Made by a program: the position numbers and the translations under genes. A stretch of 64,000 bases of DNA from a virus (lineage: Duplodnaviria > Caudoviricetes): the IMG/VR virus record IMGVR_UViG_3300017700_000738, positions 6,466-70,465 of that record; one strand, given 5' to 3'. Under the pieces are notes generated by a model. It ran no database searches. It worked only from the letters and a program-made list of their open reading frames with translations, and had not been told where the DNA came from. Every line of letters begins with the position of its first letter. Positions within the stretch are counted from its first letter, which is position 1. Below are positions 31,775 to 41,002 of the stretch, in pieces.

Positions 31775-32872
31775 ATGAAGTCCGGCAAAACCCTTATTGA
31801 ACTCGCCACCGAAATTCAGCGCCGCTCCAACCACAAGTCCGACCTGATCGTCGGCACGCAGAACCTGCGATTTGACATCACGGGCAGCAGCGGCGGCGTC
31901 GCGCTCATCGCCGGTGGGGATCGCGAATTTGATGTGAACTCCATCGCCCACAGCCAGATCGGCCAGCACCTCGAAATCCCGACCAAGTATTACGACAAGA
32001 TGCTGCAGAACGCGCCGCAGCTTCTGGCCACCAACGTCAACGAGTGGTTCAACAAGTACCCGGTGCCCCGCATGGTCCGAACCCTCGACGGTACCGCCCG
32101 CGCGTTCCTGTCGGACAAGTTCTCGCCCGACATGGAGAACGAGGACCTCGCCGAGGCGGTGTTGCCGGTTCTGCTCGACATGGACCTCGCGATCATGTCC
32201 TGCGAAGTGACCGACCGCCGGCTCTACATCAAGGCGGTGGACAAGAAGGTCGAGCGCGAGCTGGCCAAGACCGGTGCCCGTTTCGGTGACGGCGGCCACA
32301 CCATCGTGCGCGTCAACTCTCCGGCGATCACGATCTCGAACAGCGAAGTCGGCATGGGCGCCCTATCCATTCAGGGTGGCGTATACGATCAGTTCTGCTC
32401 GAACCTAGCCTCGTTCGGTGAACGCTCGATGCGCCGCGCCCATGTCGGTCAGAAGCAGACCATCGCTGAGGGCGATCTGTACGCGATGCTGTCCGACAAG
32501 TCGAAGCGCCTGAACAATGCGGCTCTGTGGTCGACCGTCCGTGACGTCGTCCGCGCCGTGTTCGACCGCGCCAAGTTCGATAGCCTTTGCGACAAGATCG
32601 AGGGCAGCCACGCCGACAAGATCGAGGGCGACGTCGTCAAGGTCGTCGAACTGTCGACCCGCAAGCTGGGTCTGCTGGAGGCCGAGGGCAAGTCGGTCCT
32701 GAAGCACCTGATCGAGGGCTCTGATCTGTCGCGCTTCGGGCTCTACAACGCCATCACCCGCATGTCGCAGGATGTCGAATCCTACGACCGCGCCACCGAG
32801 CTGGAGCGTATCGGCGGGCAGGTGATCGAGCTGCCGAAGGCGGAATGGAAGGTCCTCGCCGAAGCAGCGTAA
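31775..32872 (+). CDS. DUF932-family protein
   Basis: 365 aa; ARAFLSDKF, ISNSEVGMGAL, CSNLA, RRAHVG. Confidence 0.75.
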   Translation: MKSGKTLIELATEIQRRSNHKSDLIVGTQNLRFDITGSSGGVALIAGGDREFDVNSIAHSQIGQHLEIPTKYYDKMLQNAPQLLATNVNEWFNKYPVPRMVRTLDGTARAFLSDKFSPDMENEDLAEAVLPVLLDMDLAIMSCEVTDRRLYIKAVDKKVERELAKTGARFGDGGHTIVRVNSPAITISNSEVGMGALSIQGGVYDQFCSNLASFGERSMRRAHVGQKQTIAEGDLYAMLSDKSKRLNNAALWSTVRDVVRAVFDRAKFDSLCDKIEGSHADKIEGDVVKVVELSTRKLGLLEAEGKSVLKHLIEGSDLSRFGLYNAITRMSQDVESYDRATELERIGGQVIELPKAEWKVLAEAA

Positions 32873-32911
32873 CCAAACCCCCGGCGGTTATGTTGTTGGC
32901 CGACCGGCAAC

Positions 32912-32947
32912 TCGGAGGGAGGGCGCAAATGCCTCCCTCCGCCTTTT
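32912..32947 (+). terminator. Rho-independent terminator
   Basis: CGGAGGGAGGGC-GCAA-ATGCCTCCCTCCG then CCTTTT. Confidence 0.6.
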
Positions 32948-33102
32948 CGAGGTTTGCTAGGCAAACGCACAACCCATAGATCGGCGAAACGGATCGCGCG
33001 GTCTGCGTCGCAAGAGATGGGGTCGCGTTGGGCTAGACCGGGAGATAGCTACCCGGCGCCGGGATCGTTCCCCGGAGCATTCCCCGAAAGGGCGTTAACC
33101 AA

Positions 33103-33849
33103 ATGGAGCATCACATGAAAATCCCATCAGAAGTTCTGGCCGTGCTGGCCGCCTGCACCATCAAGGGCAACTATGTCGTGCTCAATGGTCAGTTGGATCG
33201 TGCGCTCTACACCGCCGTCAACAAGGTGCTGGACGCTGCCGGCGGCAAGTGGGACCGGAAGGCCAAGGCGCATCTGTTTTCCGGTGACGCCGCCGAGGCG
33301 CTGGAGCCCATCATCCTGACTGGCGAGTACCGGCGCGAGAAGCAGGACTTTGGCGTGTTCTATACGCCCGCCCCGCTGGCTGCGCAGGCCGTGGAGGCGC
33401 TCGGGCCGATCAACCACGAGCACACCTTCCTTGAACCCAGCGCTGGCGCTGGAGCGCTCGCTATGGCGCTGCGCGGAGCAGGTGCCATCGACATCACCTG
33501 CGTCGAAATTCTGCCGCGCCATGTAGCGATCTTGAAGGACCTTGGCTTTGGTGTGTGGGAGATGGATTTTCTATCGGCATCCCCTCTGCCGAGGACCGAC
33601 CGCATCCTGATGAACCCGCCATTCGCCAAGATGGACGACGCGAAGCACTTCCTGCACGCGCTCGGCTTCCTGAAGCCCGGTGGGCGCATCGTCGCGATCA
33701 TGTCGGCGGCGGTGACGTTCCGGGATGCGGCGCCATATCGCCAAATCCGCGATCTTCCGGGCATCCAGATCGACCTGCTGCCCGAAAACTCATTCAAGGA
33801 ATCCGGCACCAGCGTGAACACCGCGCTCGTGATCTACGACAAACCGTAA
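33103..33849 (+). CDS. N6-adenine DNA methyltransferase (NPPF type)
   Basis: FYTP, LEPSAGAG, MNPPF, FKESGTSV. Confidence 0.9.
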   Translation: MEHHMKIPSEVLAVLAACTIKGNYVVLNGQLDRALYTAVNKVLDAAGGKWDRKAKAHLFSGDAAEALEPIILTGEYRREKQDFGVFYTPAPLAAQAVEALGPINHEHTFLEPSAGAGALAMALRGAGAIDITCVEILPRHVAILKDLGFGVWEMDFLSASPLPRTDRILMNPPFAKMDDAKHFLHALGFLKPGGRIVAIMSAAVTFRDAAPYRQIRDLPGIQIDLLPENSFKESGTSVNTALVIYDKP

Positions 33850-33862
33850 ACTCGGTGTTGAC
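33846..33862. promoter_or_regulatory. 17-bp operator-like site, copy 4, overlapping TTGACA promoter
   Basis: GTAAACTCGGTGTTGAC. Confidence 0.7.
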
Positions 33863-33893
33863 ACCCGGCCCCGGCCGTGAGACAACACGGTCA

Positions 33894-33908
33894 GAGCCAT
33901 TGGGGCTC
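33894..33908 (+). repeat. Leader hairpin GAGCCATTGGGGCTC, copy 3
   Basis: Exact 15-mer. Confidence 0.9.
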
Positions 33909-33923
33909 TTGGAGATCAGCGCC

Positions 33924-34313
33924 ATGACAAAATTCGTAAACCAGCTTCACGGCAGCTTCGACGACAAGTCCAACGAATATGCTACCGTGTGGTTCGATGG
34001 AGAGAGAGTGGCCGGATTCAAATTTCATTGCGTCATGGTCAACTCCGGGCGCGGCGACAAGCCGATTATGCACTCCATCCATGACGTGAGCGTTGGTGCC
34101 CGCCATGTTTGGCAATTCACCCGGGCGCATCACTGTGTAAGCAACGTCGAGGCAGTTAGGCCCGATGGCTCTACCTTTTACGTGACGTGGGTGGGCTTTC
34201 CGAATGGCGATCAGGAGTTCCGCGCGGGTGACAAGTGGGGGCGTCCGGTCGCTCGGTTTACGAAGCAGGCTGAATACGTTCAGGGCCTCTCCAGCAGTCT
34301 TGTGGAGGCCTGA
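33924..34313 (+). CDS. Hypothetical protein
   Basis: ATG 33924 after GGAG; 3' part of track ORF 33555-34313. Confidence 0.65.
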   Translation: MTKFVNQLHGSFDDKSNEYATVWFDGERVAGFKFHCVMVNSGRGDKPIMHSIHDVSVGARHVWQFTRAHHCVSNVEAVRPDGSTFYVTWVGFPNGDQEFRAGDKWGRPVARFTKQAEYVQGLSSSLVEA

Positions 34314-34316
34314 GTC

Positions 34317-34574
34317 ATGGCACTCGGATGGGACGACCTGATTGACGAGAACTCCGAGGTAAAACTCTGGGTTCTCAAGTCTCTGAGCCGACGCCGCTGC
34401 ATGCTGCGCGACGGCTGCATCACCCCGGCGGGCCTGCGTGAGGCCCTCCAGTTTCACAACGACCGCATCCCGATGCTGATCGACCGCAAGCGCCGTGAAC
34501 TCGGGATGCCGCGCGACATCGGTGCGCCGGTCAGCGGTCTTGTCATCGCCGATGGCTTCGGAAGGGAGGCGTAA
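34317..34574 (+). CDS. Hypothetical protein
   Basis: 85 aa, in operon. Confidence 0.65.
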   Translation: MALGWDDLIDENSEVKLWVLKSLSRRRCMLRDGCITPAGLREALQFHNDRIPMLIDRKRRELGMPRDIGAPVSGLVIADGFGREA

Positions 34575-34793
34575 ATGCCCACTCAGATAGCTGACCTGTA
34601 CGCTGACGCCATTGCGGCGGATCGTGCGTTCGATGCGGCTCTCAAGTCTGCCGGGTATCAGTCCCGGTGGGCTTGGAGCATCCCCAGCGGGCCTGCGCGC
34701 CTCACCGAGGCGTATAACGCCAAGATAGCCGCCGACGAGGCCCTGCACCGCGCTTATGTCGCGAAACGCGATCTGGTGAAGCCATGGCTGTAG
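34575..34793 (+). CDS. Hypothetical protein
   Basis: 72 aa; GGAGG SD. Confidence 0.65.
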   Translation: MPTQIADLYADAIAADRAFDAALKSAGYQSRWAWSIPSGPARLTEAYNAKIAADEALHRAYVAKRDLVKPWL

Positions 34794-35020
34794 GCAACCT
34801 GTCCCCGCTTTACCAGCAGCGCAACCATCGCATCGCGATCCTGCGCAGGCGCTACCGCGCGTGCCAGATCGACGAAGCCTCATTCAGAGCTGGGCTCTAT
34901 GGGCTCGGCTACGCGCCCGGCGAGGTGCAGCTGGAGGTCAACGAGAATCGCCCCGAGCCACGGCCCGTGAAACCGGACCTACCGGCGCACATCAGGAAAG
35001 CGGCAGGTCTCGATGATTGA
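34784..35020 (+). CDS. Hypothetical protein
   Basis: 78 aa, overlapping neighbours. Confidence 0.6.
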   Translation: MAVGNLSPLYQQRNHRIAILRRRYRACQIDEASFRAGLYGLGYAPGEVQLEVNENRPEPRPVKPDLPAHIRKAAGLDD

Positions 35021-35246
35021 GGTCAGCGCAACCCATGTCGGGCCTCTGCGGCTTCGGTTGATCGAGAAGCCGTCGCCGCTGCATCCCGACTTCTTCGCGC
35101 CGAGCTATTATCTCGGCATCGACCATGAGCGCGCTCCGGTGCTCTCGTGCATCAGCTATCTGGGCCATGACCTTGGCCACGCCAAGCGTAAGTTCGAGCG
35201 TCACGTTGATCTCGAAACCGCGAAAATGAAGGAATGCGAGTCGTGA
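35013..35246 (+). CDS. Hypothetical protein
   Basis: 77 aa. Confidence 0.55.
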   Translation: MIEVSATHVGPLRLRLIEKPSPLHPDFFAPSYYLGIDHERAPVLSCISYLGHDLGHAKRKFERHVDLETAKMKECES

Positions 35247-35530
35247 CTGGTGCAGAAATGAAAGCGCTGCGGCTGCGGCTCGGTCTGGGGCGGTTGGAGT
35301 TCGCCCGGCTTATCGGCTACACGGGCACCGACCGCAACGACGAGATGCGCGTCAAGCGCTATGAGGACGGCGAACTTGTGCCGCTCTATCTGGCCCGGTT
35401 GTTCTGGCTGATCGAGGAGTTCGTCCGCGCCCACGCGCGCCTTCCGGTCTTCCCGGAGTGGGGCGGATATGAGTTCGAACACTCGCCGGACCCGCAGCAC
35501 CGGCAGCAGGAAGACCATAAATTCTACTGA
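35234..35530 (+). CDS. XRE-type HTH protein
   Basis: MKALRLRLGLGRLEFARLIG...VKRYEDGE. Confidence 0.75.
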   Translation: MRVVTGAEMKALRLRLGLGRLEFARLIGYTGTDRNDEMRVKRYEDGELVPLYLARLFWLIEEFVRAHARLPVFPEWGGYEFEHSPDPQHRQQEDHKFY

Positions 35531-35578
35531 CGTGGTCAACGTAATGTTGTATCCCGTAGAGCCCACCGGAGTAGCGAA

Positions 35579-35854
35579 ATGGCCATCGATAACCCTGTTT
35601 CAGATACGGATCGCGCCATCCAGCATGACCCTGATCAGTCGTGGCCGCGCACACTCAAAATCCAGCTGATGTGGGAGGTCGACGGAAAGCCGGTGGTGCG
35701 CACCGAGACCATCACCGCTGACCAGTTCTTCGGCCGCGCGTCGTTCGGTGCTCCGATGGATGGCTCGGCCGTGATCGGCATGATCGAGAATATGCGTCGC
35801 GCCGGGCCGCCTCCGGTGGAGCGCCCGAGGAAGATTACGGGGAAGCAAAAATGA
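35579..35854 (+). CDS. Hypothetical protein
   Basis: 91 aa; ATGA overlap with next gene. Confidence 0.6.
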   Translation: MAIDNPVSDTDRAIQHDPDQSWPRTLKIQLMWEVDGKPVVRTETITADQFFGRASFGAPMDGSAVIGMIENMRRAGPPPVERPRKITGKQK

Positions 35855-36399
35855 AGAAGCCAGCCCTCAAGATCGAGCAGTGGGATATCGAGCGCGTGCT
35901 GCCATATGCGGCCAACGCCAAGGTGCACCCGGGGTCGCAGGTGCTGGAGCTGGCGGCCTCGATCACGCAGTTCGGATTCGTGAACCCCATCCTCGTCGAC
36001 ATCAACGGCGTGGTGGTCGCCGGCCATGGACGTCTGCTGGCCGCCGATCAGCTCGGCATGGAGAAGGTCCCGGTGATCAAGCTGGGCCACCTCACCGAGG
36101 TGCAGGCCAAGGCACTACGGCTGGCCGATAACACACTGCCGATGTCCGGGACGTCATGGAACACCGATCTGCTGGATGCCGAGCTGGCATCGCTCCGGGC
36201 CGTCAGTTTCGACCTTGCCTCCATCGGCCTCGACAACATCGATTTGCCCGAGATCGAGGATCAGGTGGCGGAGCCGCCGCCGCGCGCCCAACGCTCCAAG
36301 ACCACGATATTTCTCGCGGTCAAAAACGAGGACGCGGTGAAGGCTCGCAAGGCCGTGATCGCCGCGCTCGACAAGGTGAAAATAAGTCACAACCTTTAA
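35851..36399 (+). CDS. ParB/Srx N-terminal domain protein
   Basis: PYAANAKVH...SITQFGFVNPILVD...AGHGRLLAA...LRLADN. Confidence 0.85.
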   Translation: MKKPALKIEQWDIERVLPYAANAKVHPGSQVLELAASITQFGFVNPILVDINGVVVAGHGRLLAADQLGMEKVPVIKLGHLTEVQAKALRLADNTLPMSGTSWNTDLLDAELASLRAVSFDLASIGLDNIDLPEIEDQVAEPPPRAQRSKTTIFLAVKNEDAVKARKAVIAALDKVKISHNL

Positions 36400-36926
36400 A
36401 GTTTGAGAGAAAGCTGGATGCCCCCAAATTTCCTTCTCATCGCGTGCCCGCGTCTTATATTGGCAATATGGTCGGGACTTAGTGGACCGCGCTTGACCCC
36501 CTTCTGGAAGGCGCTCAGTTTTGCGCAATGTTCAGGGGAGAATACGCGGCGTGTACCTATCTTGGCCTTAGCCATTTTTGCTTTTGCTTCGGCACTCATT
36601 TTAAAGCCGAGTTGGCTCCCGGCCTTTGGTGTCATGTTATATCCACTGGGTCCAAATGAACATAAGCGGTCGATCCAATATTGCTCTCGGAAGATCAAAT
36701 TCTCCCGTTGCGCGACAATCTCGGTGACAGCAAAGAAGAAGCTGTCCTCGCCGTATTTGTTCCATGCGGATTGTAGGGCTTTGGTGGGGTGCACTCCGCG
36801 ACGAAGCATATTTATATGGTTATTCCAGCGCTTCTCGATGCGAACCGCTGATCCCACGTACACTCGACCATTTTCGGCATTTAGGATGACATATATGCCA
36901 GAACTTGTGAGGTCGCTCGAATCCAT
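36396..36926 (-). CDS. GIY-YIG homing endonuclease with NUMOD3-like repeats
   Basis: GIYVILN...VYVGSA; REQYWID; YNM; MSAEAKAKMA; opposite strand, AT-richer. Confidence 0.9.
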   Translation of the reverse strand: MDSSDLTSSGIYVILNAENGRVYVGSAVRIEKRWNNHINMLRRGVHPTKALQSAWNKYGEDSFFFAVTEIVAQRENLIFREQYWIDRLCSFGPSGYNMTPKAGSQLGFKMSAEAKAKMAKAKIGTRRVFSPEHCAKLSAFQKGVKRGPLSPDHIANIRRGHAMRRKFGGIQLSLKL

Positions 36927-37033
36927 GCTCGTTGGTCCAAAACGTGTGTGGCTAGGGGCGGGGTCGTGTTGAAGCGCGACCTCGTCCTGTTCACCTTATC
37001 GCAACGAACCTAAAAATCCAGAAGGGACGGACA

Positions 37034-37288
37034 ATGAAGGTTATCAAGAGAGATTCCCCAGAGATGGTGGGTTTCCTGTTCCAGCATATTATGGGCTCAT
37101 TGTGCGAAGTGCCGTTCACCTACACGCACGGTGATGCCATGAACGCGGCGCTCTATGCGGTGGCGGAGATCGAGGACCTCCGCAATCGTGCCAAGGCCAT
37201 GGAGCAGAACGCGGGCGCGCTGCGACGCGAGTCTGCCCGCAAATGGTTGGAGCGCCAGAACCTGATCCACGCGCAGGTGAAGTCATGA
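37034..37288 (+). CDS. Hypothetical protein
   Basis: 84 aa. Confidence 0.6.
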   Translation: MKVIKRDSPEMVGFLFQHIMGSLCEVPFTYTHGDAMNAALYAVAEIEDLRNRAKAMEQNAGALRRESARKWLERQNLIHAQVKS

Positions 37289-37560
37289 GTTTTATGGATT
37301 GGAAACGTCCATGGAAGGAGAGGCTGGCGCGCATCCGTGTGTATCCGCAGGCCTTCCTTGGAACGACCGAGATGGCGCTCGTTTACGGCATCACCAAAGC
37401 CGGCATCACCAACCGCATGAAGGCCGGAAGCTTGCCGGTGCCAACCCAGTTGGCGATGGGGCCGGTGTGGTCGAAGGAAGCCGTCGAGGCATATCTGGGC
37501 GTGAAGGCCGAGATGGAGCGCCTGAATACGGCGATCCATCAGCCAAGGGAGGACGCATGA
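37285..37560 (+). CDS. AlpA/excisionase-like HTH protein
   Basis: LGTTEMALVYGITKAGITNRMKAGSLPVPTQLAMGPVW. Confidence 0.7.
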   Translation: MSFMDWKRPWKERLARIRVYPQAFLGTTEMALVYGITKAGITNRMKAGSLPVPTQLAMGPVWSKEAVEAYLGVKAEMERLNTAIHQPREDA

Positions 37561-37721
37561 TCCGTCGCCTCGCCATCGAGCGCCTGTACTGGCACCACGC
37601 CCGGGAACGGTGGGACAGTTTCCAGATCAATCACCTGCGCCGAGTTGTGCCACATCCGTTTCCACGTCCCTATCCGATGTTCGGAGAGGGTTGGCTTTTT
37701 CCCTATTCGAGGCTGTCATGA
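37557..37721 (+). CDS. Hypothetical protein
   Basis: ATGA overlaps at both ends. Confidence 0.5.
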   Translation: MIRRLAIERLYWHHARERWDSFQINHLRRVVPHPFPRPYPMFGEGWLFPYSRLS

Positions 37722-38005
37722 AGGGTATCGAGAAAGCTCGGGCTGATCTGGATGCCGCAAATGCGCGCGGCGATGACGACGACTTCATGAAGCACTTCGG
37801 TCAGGTGCTCGATGCCGGCGTCAAGATGAAGAAGCTGATGGTCGACGGCAACAAGACCGCTGTCCGCGCGAGATGCCCCAAGTGCGAGAAGGAGACCTTG
37901 CACGGTCGCCTGATCACCGGGCAGGCCGCTGGCCGCCATCGTAAATCAGGCGGTGCCTTTCGCATGTGGTGCGACACCTGCCCGGACGTGAGGATGATGG
38001 AATGA
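37718..38005 (+). CDS. Zinc-ribbon hypothetical protein
   Basis: CPKC...CDTC. Confidence 0.65.
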   Translation: MKGIEKARADLDAANARGDDDDFMKHFGQVLDAGVKMKKLMVDGNKTAVRARCPKCEKETLHGRLITGQAAGRHRKSGGAFRMWCDTCPDVRMME

Positions 38006-38166
38006 CCGCCGATGAAGCACGCGCAAAGCTGGAGGTCGATCTGGTGGAGGGCCTAATCAAGAAAGGTGCCGCTCCGGCGCAGGCCCAGATCATCGCCGAG
38101 AAGGTCGCGGCCTCTCTTTCGGAGGGGATCGAGGAAATGCTGCAGGATGGAGCCTTCGATTCGTGA
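38002..38166 (+). CDS. Hypothetical protein
   Basis: ATGA overlap. Confidence 0.55.
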   Translation: MTADEARAKLEVDLVEGLIKKGAAPAQAQIIAEKVAASLSEGIEEMLQDGAFDS

Positions 38167-38435
38167 GCGACCGTATTCCCTGCGAGATCATCGGATGCCG
38201 GCGCACCGCCAACGCGGCCAAGTTCGCGCCGCATACCCGCATCATATGCGGGAAGTGCTTCCGGCAGGGAGACCCACGGGACGTGCTGCTCTATCGCCGT
38301 GCCCACCGCAAGATGAAGCGCCTGATGGCTCCCGAGGGTGCAGACGCAGGACGCAAAGCCCAGCTGGAATGGGTTGCGCACAAAGCATGGGATCGCATCC
38401 GCGTCACCGTCACAGAACTGAAGGTTGGAATATAG
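38163..38435 (+). CDS. Hypothetical Cys-containing protein
   Basis: CEIIGCRRT...ICGKC. Confidence 0.65.
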   Translation: MSDRIPCEIIGCRRTANAAKFAPHTRIICGKCFRQGDPRDVLLYRRAHRKMKRLMAPEGADAGRKAQLEWVAHKAWDRIRVTVTELKVGI

Positions 38436-38438
38436 ACC

Positions 38439-38663
38439 ATGGCTCTCATGAACCGCCCCATGACTGACGACGAAGCAGAGAACTTTCTCCGGTCCTGCCT
38501 CACCCAGTATTACCCGGCGCCATCGTTCAGCTCATTCTTCGAACCGGTTCCCCAGTACGTCAGGTACGATGCCAACAAGGACAGGATCGTGTACGAGAGA
38601 GCCGACACGCTTTACCTGTCCGACCCATCTCCCAGTGACTGCCGATGGATCGTGCCAGAATGA
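38439..38663 (+). CDS. Hypothetical protein
   Basis: 74 aa. Confidence 0.55.
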   Translation: MALMNRPMTDDEAENFLRSCLTQYYPAPSFSSFFEPVPQYVRYDANKDRIVYERADTLYLSDPSPSDCRWIVPE

Positions 38664-38827
38664 AGCCCAACGCGCCCTACCGAGACGAAGACGTCGCCTC
38701 CATGTCCAGATGGCTGGTAAAGCACGGCATGCGCGCCGCCACCTCGATCAAGGGAGACTTCACGATGTGGCGTAAATTGGCCCCAGAATCATTCCTGCCT
38801 GAACTCCAACCCGAAAGGAACGTCTAA
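38660..38827 (+). CDS. Hypothetical protein
   Basis: ATGA overlap. Confidence 0.5.
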   Translation: MKPNAPYRDEDVASMSRWLVKHGMRAATSIKGDFTMWRKLAPESFLPELQPERNV

Positions 38828-39102
38828 TGACCCTCCGAGACCTCGGCCTCACCTATGAGCAGGCAGCCCACGGCGTGCAGACCGCCATCGCGCACGGAAT
38901 TACCAAGGGAGATAGCGCGACCGTGCCCAAGCATATGCGTACCGCCATCGACATGAGCAAAGCCGATATGCTCGGCCTCGCCACCCTCCTGATCTCCAAA
39001 GGCCTGATAACCCAAGAGGAGTACATCGAGCACATGCGCCTCGGGGCCAATGAGGAACTAGCACGCCGTCAGGACGAAAACCCCGGCCTGACATACCGCT
39101 GA
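38827..39102 (+). CDS. Hypothetical protein
   Basis: 91 aa; TAATG coupling. Confidence 0.65.
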   Translation: MTLRDLGLTYEQAAHGVQTAIAHGITKGDSATVPKHMRTAIDMSKADMLGLATLLISKGLITQEEYIEHMRLGANEELARRQDENPGLTYR

Positions 39103-39133
39103 TCTCTACCCATAAGGAGCCCACCAGAAAGCC

Positions 39134-39697
39134 ATGCCTACTCTGAGTAATCCGAAATGGGAGATTTGCGCGCTGGCACGGGCTGGCGGCAACACGGTGC
39201 TGGAGAGCTACCGGGCCGGCGGATACGTGTCCTCGGACGTCAGTACGGCGGCGAAGCTGTTCAAGAAGCCGGCGGTAGCGGCTCGTGTGCTGGAGATACA
39301 GAACGAGCGGATTGCGACCGAGCGTACGGTGGCTGCCAAGGCCGCCGAGGAGGCCGGCGTGGATCGGGCGTGGGTTATCCGCCACCTGAAGCACAACGCG
39401 CTGGCGGCCATGCGTGGGTCTCCCATGTATAACAACAAGGGGGTGCCTCTGAAGGATGAGCACGGCAATCCCCGATTCGGGAAGCCGGACCATGCGGCAG
39501 CGGCGAAGTCGCTGGAGCTGATCGGCAGGGATCAGGGCATGTTCATCAATCGCCACGAGGTGGGTGGCCCGGGCGAGTTCGAGCGGATGTCCGACAAGGA
39601 GCTGAACAAGGAGCTGATCGAGCAGGCCATGAAGGTCGGCTTGACGCAGGAGGCCATCAAGCTGCTGACCTATCAACCGGAAGCCGAGGAGGAATAG
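39134..39697 (+). CDS. terS: Terminase small subunit
   Basis: LSNPKWEICA...AYRAGGY...KLFKKPAVAARV; AAAKSLELIGRDQGMF. Confidence 0.75.
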   Translation: MPTLSNPKWEICALARAGGNTVLESYRAGGYVSSDVSTAAKLFKKPAVAARVLEIQNERIATERTVAAKAAEEAGVDRAWVIRHLKHNALAAMRGSPMYNNKGVPLKDEHGNPRFGKPDHAAAAKSLELIGRDQGMFINRHEVGGPGEFERMSDKELNKELIEQAMKVGLTQEAIKLLTYQPEAEEE

Positions 39698-39699
39698 CC

Positions 39700-39816
39700 G
39701 TGGTGGTATTTGGCTGGATCGTGATCGGGTGCGTGGCGATGTTTCTGGCCGTGATCGTGTTGGGGTTGCGGGAGATGACCCGGGCGGATCGCCTCGTCGA
39801 GGACGATTACGAGTAA
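39700..39816 (+). CDS. Small membrane peptide
   Basis: GAGGAGG SD; MVVFGWIVIGCVAMFLAVIVLGLREMTRADRLVEDDYE. Confidence 0.5.
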   Translation: MVVFGWIVIGCVAMFLAVIVLGLREMTRADRLVEDDYE

Positions 39817-39829
39817 ACATCCCATTGAC
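39813..39829. promoter_or_regulatory. 17-bp operator-like site, copy 5, overlapping TTGACA promoter
   Basis: GTAAACATCCCATTGAC. Confidence 0.7.
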
Positions 39830-39860
39830 AGCGACGTAGCGCCGTGAGACAAGGATGCCA

Positions 39861-39875
39861 GAGCCATTGGGGCTC
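39861..39875 (+). repeat. Leader hairpin GAGCCATTGGGGCTC, copy 4
   Basis: Exact 15-mer. Confidence 0.9.
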
Positions 39876-39889
39876 GGGAGACCCGATCA

Positions 39890-40120
39890 ATGTCCGACGC
39901 AGCATTCAAGCAAGCCGCATATCCGGCTTACACCAAAGCCCAGTTGATCATCATGCTGGCGGGTAAGCCTTACAGTCTAAGCAACCCGCGCGGTCTGACC
40001 GGAGATCAGCGCCGCAAGATGGAGGCCGAAGTGTTGCGCCGCGACGCCGTCGAGGCTGGTGATCTGTCGGTTATGACGCCCGGCGAGCGCCTGCGCTACG
40101 CCCGCTCACAGGAGGCCTAA
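39890..40120 (+). CDS. Hypothetical protein
   Basis: 76 aa; GGGAG SD. Confidence 0.65.
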   Translation: MSDAAFKQAAYPAYTKAQLIIMLAGKPYSLSNPRGLTGDQRRKMEAEVLRRDAVEAGDLSVMTPGERLRYARSQEA

Positions 40121-40348
40121 ATGTCCGAACGTAAGGAATACGAGCTGACCCCCGAACAGTTCGAGAAGCTGCTGGAGGCGTGCCGCCCGGTGGCCGCCAT
40201 CATGCTCCAGTGCGGTCCGGTCGCCTCTCCGCAGGAGAACGCGAATCGTGCGTGGTGCGCGCTGGGTGATGAACTCGGATTCGATGGGATGAGCGTCGAG
40301 CCGTCGAGTAGAGGGCAGCGCTTCTTCACGGCGGTACCCAATGCCTAA
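40121..40348 (+). CDS. Hypothetical protein
   Basis: 75 aa; GGAGG SD. Confidence 0.7.
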   Translation: MSERKEYELTPEQFEKLLEACRPVAAIMLQCGPVASPQENANRAWCALGDELGFDGMSVEPSSRGQRFFTAVPNA

Positions 40349-40526
40349 GTTCTACGCCACTCTCTGTGGCACCATCGAGGTGGTGGTCGAGATCGATGCC
40401 TCGACCGTCAAGGACGCCCGGGCTCTGCTCAACGAGCACGGTCACGAGAGATCGATTCGCCAGTTCAAGGCCGTCAGGGAGACGATCACTGGTGCGAGCT
40501 TGCAGAAACTGGAGAAACGGCCATGA
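40341..40526 (+). CDS. Hypothetical protein
   Basis: 61 aa, overlapping neighbours. Confidence 0.55.
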   Translation: MPKFYATLCGTIEVVVEIDASTVKDARALLNEHGHERSIRQFKAVRETITGASLQKLEKRP

Positions 40527-40999
40527 ATGCGACCCCGTCAGATCAATTGGTCAAGGAGCTGGAATACTGGCTTCGCGTCATCGGAGACCGCCTCGGCGCC
40601 GACCGTCGTTTCAATGAGACGATCAACGACGTCATAGCGATAGTCAGCGCTCCTGCTCAAGGAGCGCCACGGCAGCTCTATGAACTGCCCGACGATGATT
40701 ATGAGAAGTTTGTAGAGGCGCTTGGAGGCAATAAGCCGCCGACGCAAGCGCTGATCGATCTGATGCGTGGCTACCGTGATAACCAGGCTCGCGCCGCTCA
40801 ATGTGCGCCGCAGCCAAGCGGGGAGCAATTGGCGAGCGAGGCCTCAAGCCTGTTGGACAAAATGAACGTGGTTTGCGCCTATGCGGATGCCTCGTATATC
40901 GCCGCTATCCACGCGCATCATGCACTATGGAACGGGCTGGTCGAATATGGGTGGGATGAGAAAACAGAAAAATTTGGGCTATCCGGCATCCGAGGTTGA
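40523..40999 (+). CDS. Hypothetical protein
   Basis: 158 aa; contains LPDDDYEKFVEAL...PTQALIDLM (DUF1778-like) segment. Confidence 0.55.
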   Translation: MNATPSDQLVKELEYWLRVIGDRLGADRRFNETINDVIAIVSAPAQGAPRQLYELPDDDYEKFVEALGGNKPPTQALIDLMRGYRDNQARAAQCAPQPSGEQLASEASSLLDKMNVVCAYADASYIAAIHAHHALWNGLVEYGWDEKTEKFGLSGIRG

Positions 41000-41002
41000 A
41001 GT

